Shown: positions 26,801 to 33,337 of the stretch, in pieces | How positions within the stretch are numbered: position 1 is the first letter of the stretch | How the letters are laid out: each line of letters opens with the position of its first letter | NCBI GenBank assembly: GCA_963747095.1 | Contig: CAVVEL010000022.1 | Coordinates: 251,005-315,004 of the forward strand | Length of the DNA: 64,000 nucleotides | DNA from: Terriglobia bacterium | Lineage (GTDB): Bacteria > Acidobacteriota > Terriglobia > JAJPHL01 | Direction: 5' to 3' | The notes under the pieces: generated by a model | Seen by the model: only the letters and a program-made list of their open reading frames with translations | Database searches by the model: none | Told to the model about the DNA's origin: nothing | Translations under genes and position numbers: made by a program

Positions 26801-28136
26801 TCGTGGTGTTGTTGGTGGCGCCGTCGATCACCGTGACGTTGTTACTGCTGTAGTTGGCAACATAGACCTTATTGGTCACCGAATTGACCGCCAGGGCATA
26901 AGGCTGCGTCCCCGTCGGCACCGTGGCCGTCACGGCATTGGTGGCGCCATTGATTACGGAGACGGTGTTATCGCCGCCGTTGACTACGTAGATCGTGTTG
27001 GTCACTAGGTTCACATCCAAGCTGCCCGGGAAACTCCCGGCGTTGACCAGTGTGATGGAGAACTTGGCCCCGTCAATCACCGTGACGTTGTTGCTGTTGG
27101 CGTTGGCGACATAGGCCTTGTTGGTGATTGGGTTCACCGCCAGAGCCAAGGGAGTGGTCCCGGCATTGAGCGTCGAGGCGGTATTGGTGGCGCCGTCAAT
27201 CACCGTGACGTTGGCACTGTAGAAGTTGGCGACGTAAATCTGGTTGGTGGTGACGTTCACCGCGACGGACTGGGGCGCGGTTCCGGTGTTCACGGTAGCC
27301 GTCACAGTGGACCCGTTAATCACGGCGACGTTGTTGCTGCCGCGGCAGGCCACGTAAACCAAGCCAGTCACCGGGTTGACCACCAGGGCGACGGGATTCG
27401 ACCCCACGCTCACGGTAGTAGAGAGGTAAACGTCAAACTTGTTACCATCAAACAATTCGGAGACGCTACCGTCGCCGAAATTGGCGACGTAAATATAGCC
27501 GCCGGGACCCACGGCCACCGCCCGGGGCGAGGTTCCCACGGTTATGGTGGTCAAGACGGTATTGTTGGAGCCGTCAATCACCGTGACGGAATTGCCGCTG
27601 AGGTTGCAGATATAGACGGTATTGTTGCCCGGATCGACCGCCACCGCCGCAGGCCCCGCTCCCGTGGGCACCGTGGCGACGACGGTGCCAAAGCTGTTAA
27701 TCACGCTGACCGTGTTGTCGGAGTTGTTGGTGACATAGGCCATTCCGTCGGCTGGGTTCACGGCCACGCCCTGGGGATTGTTTCCAACGGCTACGGCAGT
27801 CACAGCGTTGTTGCTGCTGATCAACGAGACGTTGTTACTGCCGCTGTTGACCACCCAGGCTTGGTTGCTCTGGGGGTTTACGGCGATCGCCACGGGATTG
27901 GTCCCAACTGTGATGGTCGTCGTCGCGTCCGTGGCGCCGTTAATCGCCGTGACCGTGCCGCTGCTATTGTTCGCGACGTAGATCGTGTTGGTCACCGGAT
28001 TCACCGCCACGGCGAATGGCTGCGTCCCCGTCGCCACCGTCGGCAGGGGCGGGGGTTGGGCCGGTACAGCCAGCGTGCAGAGAACTACAACCAGCAGAAA
28101 CCACAAGGCTTTCCGTGTGAATGAGATCGACCCCAT
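20832..28136 (-). CDS. giant secreted YVTN-type beta-propeller repeat protein (2434 aa) with Ig-like, IPT/TIG-like, cohesin-like and dockerin-like modules
   Basis: ORF 20832..28208 with ATG 28136. The signal is MGSISFTRKALWFLLVVVLCTLAVPAQ. Dozens of ~40-aa units have the form NKIYVANxxSNNVTVIDGATNxxTTxxVGxxPxAIAVNPVT, arranged in two blocks. These are followed by three ..NGSPRST..-type IPT-like modules. Near the C-terminus are FGDGLINTLDLIEALRAV and RGGDAILNTLDIIETLRRAV. Confidence 0.8.
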   Translation of the reverse strand: MGSISFTRKALWFLLVVVLCTLAVPAQPPPLPTVATGTQPFAVAVNPVTNTIYVANNSSGTVTAINGATDATTTITVGTNPVAIAVNPQSNQAWVVNSGSNNVSLISSNNAVTAVAVGNNPQGVAVNPADGMAYVTNNSDNTVSVINSFGTVVATVPTGAGPAAVAVDPGNNTVYICNLSGNSVTVIDGSNNTVLTTITVGTSPRAVAVGPGGYIYVANFGDGSVSELFDGNKFDVYLSTTVSVGSNPVALVVNPVTGLVYVACRGSNNVAVINGSTVTATVNTGTAPQSVAVNVTTNQIYVANFYSANVTVIDGATNTASTLNAGTTPLALAVNPITNKAYVANANSNNVTVIDGAKFSITLVNAGSFPGSLDVNLVTNTIYVVNGGDNTVSVINGATNAVTATVPTGTQPYALAVNSVTNKVYVANYSSNNVTVIDGATNNTTTVSTGMEPFAIAVNPVTNKIYVANYNSNTVTVIDGVTNNTTTVNVGNNPDSIAINPTINKIYVATPNSGAISIINGDNNTASTLNVGTNPLYLAMMNDVLYVTDGANSNIYVINTFSNAITATLTAGNTPYAIAVNAVTAKIYVANFGDNTATVIDGSTNTTTTVPTGPFPDAIAVNPVSNKIYVPNANVSNAGITVIDGATNFVTNLTVGTSLGHAVVNPVTDTIYVSNAPDGNVVVITEASAQVGPTAPSITPFPSNSATTTTPTFTFTIPSNTPAIRVYYQTDTTEGVWTAAHPFQPSALTTIAPLFSPLKIGQHVVYAFSGDAQDATSTQIGSPITSNIAAYWFTVNPVNNSTIVITGGTPQSTALGTVFATPLQVTITDVFGGPVPGASVTFTAPSSGPSGTFGLGATSTAVVFTDVNGIATAPTVTANNSAGPFTLTAKETGNGLLRNFLLTNIGPPPGASVTNVLAAGSLPFAAAVNPLTNKVYVANQNSANVTVIDGATNSTTTVGVGNNPVSVAVNPVSNKIYVANQNDNTVTVIDGATNTTLTVNVGFSPNAVAVNPATNKIYVANQGNGGNIAGNVTVIDGATNSTATLNVGGQPFALAVNPVTNKIFVSNQGNSTVNVIDGATNSISASLSMAAGSQLSAVAVNPVTNKIYVIDANNGIVNVIDGATYATTAVNVGFDPLAVAVNPVTNKIYVGCFFNSNSIVVIDGATNNVTSVGNGNSALSIAVNPVTNKIYFGNGFSPAGESITVLDGATNAVTVVKTTGTLVSGSAANSNVVVNPVTNKIYATNPNPNTITVLDGAINSTATVSAGSLPSMAAVNPVTNKIYIANDVSSNVTVIDGATNATVTVPAGTNPARVAVNQVTNKVYVTNVGNNSVTVIDGASNSTLTVSTGIQPFAIAVNPVTNKIYAANVVSSSVTVIDGATNNTTTILVGSGPEWVAVNPVTNTIYVANNGGTVSVINGANNTVTATVTTGNNPMFLAVNVATNKIYVSNSASNTVTVIDGATNNTTTVNVGNSPQQVAVNPVTNQIYVANRSGNSVTVINGATNQTTTISGIVAPYGVSVNVTSNKIYVSGTFVTVIDGATNSIATVTAGNNPALLAVNPVTNKVYVPNRNDGTVTVITEESVQQTLPPPVIGPLPSNLSLTATPSFAFTAPSGALDVRYQLDTWQGPWLSSAPFFNTTTPALQPGPHILYAFAIDGQAGSSTQVDSLLTGTIAAYSFIVDPTGAITATAGSLQFAGIGVSFATPLQATVTDNFGQPLAGVAVTFSAPTGGASGDFGPPASTTATVTTNSVGLAIAPPFTANTTPGSYTVNASVAGVATPASFALTNSALNVTPAITTINPGFVTAGTGSTFVLVQGSGFQNGAVVEWNGSPRSTTFSSSTMLGTYFAAADLATAGVFPVTVANPAPSFGPSAPVNFTVNNAAPALSALSITSVPGGTAGFLLTVTGSGFVSGATGMVNGSGRSTVVGSSTSLGMFLTTADLTTPGTLAITVANPAPTVGPSSALTLMVTSGNLVPGILALTPGTVPAGSGSFTLTVLGSNFVPTSQVLWNGSPRASSYASPQQINATITGADVANPATAAVTVFNPAPGGGTSPGMNFTVGSGPQGSVTAQSVSGGGTSPVSVPVTLTLNNGATATALIFGVRIIPGTGAPAITANLNFVPDSALPVASGTPPTIAASPASVAVFFGAFTTPLSGTVTLGVVQVTLPAGVALGQTYDVQITAADAAANNATVPLTAGPDATITIAQTYLVGDSFPYTGDMIGSFGDGLINTLDLIEALRAVTKIEVVQTCSDRFDAIDSYPVDTATTRGGDAILNTLDIIETLRRAVNIDTSRPARTSRGLSCTGTEVQARRGEPRQSGDAPVEGRIVVERDAIYLVAQADLNLAGLALALNLQPGQQANFTPGDVAASLTDVALAGKISLAWLDGIRLGAGQRLLLGSVNGADRGSVLGISADEVGGRAVRIVAEDALNRR

Positions 28137-28360
28137 TTGACAGAGACCCCTTTCTACCGCTAACACCGGAGAAGTGGCCCAGGGAGGAGGTGAGAATGGT
28201 CTGGGCACGGGCCACTACAGCACGCGCGTTCCACGAGTTCAGACCCAGTCCACCTTGTTGGGACCGCTTCAAAACGAGCCACAATCGGATGACGCGTCTT
28301 GCTTCGGACCCTCGACTTTGGCATAATTCGCCTAGGCCTGTCTTTAGAGCGGTCATTTTT

Positions 28361-28379
28361 ATTCTTAGAAAATTCTTAG
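28361..28379 (+). promoter_or_regulatory. direct repeat ATTCTTAG-N3-ATTCTTAG (11-nt register), candidate winged-helix regulator site
   Basis: ATTCTTAG occurs at 28361-28368 and 28372-28379, directly upstream of the regulator ATG at 28387. The function is not shown. Confidence 0.2.
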
Positions 28380-28386
28380 GGCGGTT

Positions 28387-30466
28387 ATGTTGAACAAATC
28401 TAAGGGTTCGTTGGAATTCGCAGAGTTCCGATTGGACCGCGACAAAGCGCTCCTTTACCGTGGAGACTCCCTCATCCCCCTGCCTCCCAAAGCCCTCCAG
28501 ATACTACTGGCTCTTGTAGAGAGGCGGGGTGAGTTGGTTACCAAAGAAGAACTGATGCGGATGGTGTGGCAGGACACCTTCGTGGAGGAGGGCAATCTTA
28601 CCTTCAATATCCACATACTCCGAAAGGCTCTGAACGAGGAGCGCAGCAAGCGGTTTATCGAGACGTTGCCCAAACGTGGCTATCGCTTCATCGCTGAAGT
28701 GCGGGAGGCGACCGCCCAGCCGGACACACAGCCGCAACCCGTTGCTACTACCGTCGTGCCTCCTATTGCCCCAAGGGGCTCGGCATTGCGCCGAGCTTTG
28801 CCAAAGCGGACATGGCGAGCATGGGCTTTGCTGATCGTCATCACGGTGGCGGCGGTCATAGGTTTGCGGATGGCGCGACGTTCCGCGGTTCCGGAACCGG
28901 CTCTGGTCCGGCTCACCAGTCACACCGGGAGCAACACCCAACCCGATGTTTCACCCGACGGGCGCTACGTGGTCTTCGTCAGTAATCGCGACGGGGGACG
29001 GGGACAGATCTACATCATGGATGCCGATGGCGGCAATCCGCGGAACCTGACCAACAATCCCAAGATCCACGACGACTCCCCGGCGTGGTCGCCCGATGGG
29101 CGCAAGATCGCCTTTCAAAGCGATCGCCGCGGGACCATCGAGATTTTCACTGTAGACGCCGACGGCGGTCATCCTGCGCCCGTTACGCCTGGAGCACGAG
29201 CCGCGTGGTCGCCCGATGGAAAGATGCTCGCGTATGCGCGAAGTTTCGAGGGTCATAACGAGATATTTGTAATCCCCAGCGATGCGCCGACCAGCGGCGC
29301 TCAGCCGCGCCGCCTGACCTTTGATCGCCACTTTTGCGCCGATCCCACATGGTCGCCCGACGGAACGCGGATCGCCTTCACCAGCGCGGGATCTCCGCAT
29401 CTGGAGATTCATTCCATGCGCCTCGACGCAACAGACCGGGTTGTACTAGCCGCTGGCCGTGGCGACAATCGCCTGCCCACCTGGTTTCGCGACGGCCGCA
29501 TCGCCTTCGACAGTAATCGCGATGGCCACGAGGCCCTCTACGTGATGGAAGCCGACGGCACTTTGCAACGCCGCATCACAGACGCTAAGTTCGACGACGA
29601 CGAAGCGGCGTGGTGGCCCGACGGCCGCAGCCTGGTCTTCGAGAGCGAGCGCGATGACACGGCGGAGATCTATCGCCTGCGCTTGCCGGATACGCCGGAC
29701 GGCGCCATCCGTCTGACCAACGATCTGGCCAACAATATCGGGCCCGCCTGGTCGCCGGACGGGAAATGGATCGCCTTCGAGAGCAATCGCGAAGGCAAAC
29801 CCAACATCTTCCTGATGGACCCGGATGGCGGCCGGGTGCGGAACCTGACGCACAGCCCGGCCGGCGATCATCACCCGGCTTGGTCTTGGGACGGAACGAA
29901 AGTCGCTTTTACCAGCGACCGCGGCGGGAAGTCCGGCGTTTACACGATGAACGCCGATGGCTCCGATCCGCACCCGGTGAGCGAAGGACTCGACGACCAA
30001 AATCCGAGTTGGTCGCCTGACGGAAAGAGTATATGCTTCGATCGCTCCTCCGAGATTTGGGTGGCAGCCCGCGGCGGGTGGACCGTCGCGGCGCTTGGCG
30101 GCAGGCGGGGAATGTAGTTGGCGGGCGGACGGGAAGGGCATCCTGTTTGCCCGCACCGGAGGAGACGCTCGCGAGATTTACAGCATGGATGCGGCCGGCG
30201 GCAATCTGGTCGACGTGACGAAAAATGGCCGCGGCAACGGAATACCGGCCACCAGCCGCGACGGAACTCGCGTCGCCTTCAACAGCGATCGCGACGGCTT
30301 TGGCTTTGGCATCTTCGTGATGAACGCCGACGGCTCCGGCCAAACGCGTATCACCGGACGCCGCCAGTTCGACCAGCAGCCCTCGTGGTCTCCGGACGGC
30401 CGCTGGATTGCGTTTGCCCGCGACCGGGACCACACTTGGGGGATCTACAAAATCGCTGTGCCATAA
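28387..30466 (+). CDS. CadC-like membrane regulator: OmpR/PhoB-type winged helix + TM + TolB-like PD40 beta-propeller; frameshifted as assembled
   Basis: The N-terminus is ..FAEFRLDRDKALLYRGDSLIPLPPKALQILLALVERRGELVTKEELMRMVW..ETLPKRGYRFIA. The TM helix is WALLIVITVAAVIGL. Repeats have the form ..PAWSPDGRKIAFQSDR... ORF 28387..30117 continues as ORF 30095..30466 (..ECSWRADGKGILFARTGGDAREIYSMDAAGG..PSWSPDGRWIAFARDRD..) in the +1 frame. Confidence 0.75.
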
Positions 30467-31023
30467 CGCCGGCAGGGGATCGATCCGCGCGGCCCGCGGC
30501 AACCCTTCTTCCATTTGCCGGTCCCAGGCGTCCGCATCGAACTCGGCAAACCATGAGCGGAATCCGCCAATTCCTTGGGTAGGTCACCGTCCAGAGTCGG
30601 GCGCGAGAAGGCCGTTATCTTCTTGCCCCAACGGGCAGTGGGTCGCCTGGAAGGATCACCCGTGCTCCGCAGGCGGTCCTGTGGGAAGTCCTTCCGGTTG
30701 AGCGTCACGATAAAATCGGCAGTTCCGGCTTCCGCGCATGCGCAGAATGGGTCGTCGGCAGGGTCCGGGGACCACTCGCGGCCACGGCGCACCCGAACAA
30801 CCTCAGCCTCCTCGCGAAGCAAGTTGACGATCTTGCCGATCAAAGGGCGCCGGACGCCCTTTCGTGCCAGGATCGCTTTGTACTCGTCGAGGATTTCCTC
30901 CGTCACGAGCCAGACGAAATGCCCGCGCTCGATCCAATCCCGGAGCAGTCGCGCACTGGGGTTGGCGGGCGCCCTGCCGGACTTGAAGCCGGCGATGCCC
31001 GCAACCAGCGTCGAGGTATCCAC
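30445..31023 (-). CDS. PIN-domain toxin (TIGR00305-like)
   Basis: GTG 31021-31023 lies just after the stop of the upstream ORF. Motifs are ..VDTSTLVAGIAG.., ..LVTEEILDEYKAIL.. and ..SPDPADDPFCACAEAGTADFIVTLNRKDFP... The long non-conserved tail overlaps the convergent gene end by 22 nt. Confidence 0.65.
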   Translation of the reverse strand: MDTSTLVAGIAGFKSGRAPANPSARLLRDWIERGHFVWLVTEEILDEYKAILARKGVRRPLIGKIVNLLREEAEVVRVRRGREWSPDPADDPFCACAEAGTADFIVTLNRKDFPQDRLRSTGDPSRRPTARWGKKITAFSRPTLDGDLPKELADSAHGLPSSMRTPGTGKWKKGCRGPRGSIPCRRYGTAIL

Positions 31024-31030
31024 GACGCCT

Positions 31031-31573
31031 CTAGGCAGTTTTTGCTTGCGTTTCCGTGACAACGCGGATCTCCGGTGCGATCTTTCGAGCCTTTCGGTAG
31101 TCGCGGATCGCGCGCAGGATATCGTCCTGCCGAAGATCGCCAACATCGCTGGCGGCGTCCTCCAGGGACTTGAGAAACTCCCGCTTCCATCCGGGGCGCT
31201 TCCGGCCCCTTGGCAAATCGCGAGCCACTTCGGCCAAGGGCAGTTGCCGTTCGATCTCGGCGTTCAAGCGCGCCACCGGAATCCGGATCTCGATCGCGGC
31301 CGAACCCGGAGCCAAGCGGGAGGTGACCAAGACGTTGGCGCGCTCGCTTGGCAGGCCCTCGATAATACGGGTGAGGAACTTGGTGGAGACTCCCAGAGAT
31401 TCCTTCAGGTGCCAGGCTACCTTCGCTTGCAGCAGCAGATCGGGGTTGAACCAGTAGCAGTCGGCCTTCCTCTTGGGCCTCAAGACTCCAAGCTGAATGA
31501 AGTTCTGGAGGTCCTTGGGCGGAACGCCGAGGACCGTGCTGGCCTGCTTGAGCTTGAGCCAAACTTGAGTCAT
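31031..31573 (-). CDS. HTH-domain protein, candidate antitoxin partner of the PIN gene (~180 aa)
   Basis: MTQVWLKLKQASTVLGVPPKDLQNFIQLGVLRP.. looks like a MerR/excisionase-type HTH. The stop at 31031-33 is 7 nt before the PIN start. Confidence 0.5.
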   Translation of the reverse strand: MTQVWLKLKQASTVLGVPPKDLQNFIQLGVLRPKRKADCYWFNPDLLLQAKVAWHLKESLGVSTKFLTRIIEGLPSERANVLVTSRLAPGSAAIEIRIPVARLNAEIERQLPLAEVARDLPRGRKRPGWKREFLKSLEDAASDVGDLRQDDILRAIRDYRKARKIAPEIRVVTETQAKTA

Positions 31574-31611
31574 AATTACCAACTACATTTTAGTTCATAA
31601 TTACAACCCTT

Positions 31612-33011
31612 TCAAGTCGCCAAATACCGATCCACCCCCGCCGCCGCGCGGCGCCCTTCCGCGATCGCCCACACCACCAACGATTGTCCGCGGCGCATGT
31701 CGCCGGCCGCGAACACGCCGGGGATCGAGGTCATGGAGTTCTCGTCCGTTTCAACGTTGCCGCGTCCGTCCAGTTTCACGCCAAAGTGTTCCAGCATTCC
31801 TTTGCGCACGGGACCGAGAAAGCCCAGCGCGAACAATACTAAATCCGCCTCGACCGCGAATTCCGTGCCGGGGATCGGCTTCGAACTTCGGCGGCGGACC
31901 CACGCGCGATGGCGTTCAGCCGCTACGACCTTTCCGTTCCCCGTCGAAGCGCACCGTGGACACCGCCCAGTCGCGCACGCCGCCTTCTTCGTGCGAGCTT
32001 TCCGTGCGCATCTGCAACGGCCAGAGCGGCCACGGCGTTGAGGAAGCCCGCATGTCCGGGGGTTGCGGCATGATCTCGAATTGATGCACGCTGGCCGCGC
32101 CTTGCCGGTGACTGGTGCCCAGGCAATCCGCTCCGGTGTCGCCGCCGCCCAGGATCACCACACGTTTGCCCGTCGCCAAAATGTTTTTCTCCAAGCGAAT
32201 CGCCCGCGATCCGCTTGTTTTGCTGCGGAAGGAACTCCATCGCGAAATGGACGCCCGCCAACTCGCGGCCGGGAACCGGCAGATCGCGCGGTTGCTCCGC
32301 GCCGCCGGCCAGCAGAATCGCGTCGAACTCCTTGCGCAAATCCTCCGCCGGGACGTTGCCACCGACGTGCGCGCGCGTCTGGAACGTCACGCCTTCGGCG
32401 GTCATTTGTTCCAGGCGGCGGTCCACGACGCACTTTTCCAGTTTGAAATCGGGGATGCCGTACCGCAGCAATCCGCCAATGCGATCGTTCTTTTCGAACA
32501 CCGTCACCAGATGGCCGGCCCGATTCAACTGTTGCGCCGCGGCCAGGCCCGACGGTCCCGAACCCACCACGGCGACGCGCTTGCCGCTGCGCAGCGGCGG
32601 CGGCTCGGGACGGATCCAGCCTTGCTCGAAGGCGTGCTCGATCACTGTTTTCTCGACCAGCTTAATGGCCACCGGCGGCTCGCTGATGCCTAGCACGCAG
32701 GCCGCTTCGCAGGGCGCGGGACAAATGCGTCCGGTGAATTCCGGAAAATTGTTGGTGGAGTGCAGCGTGCGCACGGCCTTCTGCCACTGGCCGCGGAAGG
32801 CCATGTCGTTCCAATCGGGAATGATGTTGTTGACCGGACAACCGGTGTGACAAAACGGCACGCCGCAATCCATGCAGCGCGCGCCTTGTACTTGCACCTT
32901 TTCTTCCGGGAACGGCTGATAGATCTCGAAGTAGTCTTTCACGCGCTCGTCTACTGGACGCCGTTGCGGCAATTCGCGCGTGTACTCCAGGAAGCCGGTT
33001 ACTTTACCCAT
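31612..33011 (-). CDS. gltD: glutamate synthase small subunit; split into three frames as assembled (two 1-nt insertions)
   Basis: The first piece is [57 protein letters not shown] (ORF 31923..33047). The second is ..[41 protein letters not shown] (31916..32362). The third is ..[34 protein letters not shown] (31612..31836). Confidence 0.85.
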
Positions 33012-33059
33012 GTTTCTTACGCTCCGTATGGAGTGCTGCGGCTGCATGAAGTGCCGCGG

Positions 33060-33300
33060 CTGCGCTAGCCCCGAAGGGGCGGCCTATATCAGCCCAGGCC
33101 AACGGCCTGGGTTGATTGTCTGTTAGATCGGAAGCCCTGAAGGGGCGTCCTAATACCTGACCATCCTGGCGGCAGGTTGCGGCGTTCTTAGAGCGCCCCT
33201 TCAGGGCTTCATGATCCGATCCTCGAAACCCAGGCCGTTGGCCTGGGCTGACACAACCCGCCCCTTTCGGGCTAACGGCGGCAGCCGAAGCAAGCTTCGG
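33060..33300. repeat. Family-D composite palindrome filling the gltB-gltD spacer
   Basis: The left arm runs TAGCCCCGAAGGGGCGG..AGCCCAGGCCAACGGCCTGGGTT..GGAAGCCCTGAAGGGGCG. It is mirrored by GCGCCCCTTCAGGGCTTC..AACCCAGGCCGTTGGCCTGGGCT..CCGCCCCTTTCGGGCTA. Confidence 0.85.
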
Positions 33301-33337
33301 CGCGGAAAAGCGGTAGCAAGCTACCGCACTCCAAAAA

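Noticed and set aside
23190-27008. Long plus-strand ORFs (23190..24548, 25914..27008 and others) opposite the YVTN gene
   Set aside because: They are open antisense frames created by the repetitive, stop-poor coding repeats. Their translations are His/Arg/Gly/Val-rich with no signal or domain logic.
13096-28136. CRISPR-like or satellite-like periodicity in the 13-17.6 kb and 20.8-28.1 kb regions
   Set aside because: The periodic DNA repeats (about 120-150 nt) are in-frame coding repeats of NHL and YVTN propeller blades inside uninterrupted ORFs. They are not repeat-spacer arrays.
31900-32200. Programmed ribosomal frameshifting as the explanation for the gltD (and lpxC) frame breaks
   Set aside because: Two separate +1 events in gltD and a -1 event in lpxC have no known precedent in these families. 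I see no slippery-site plus stimulatory-structure arrangement. Homopolymer-length error or mutation is the simpler explanation.
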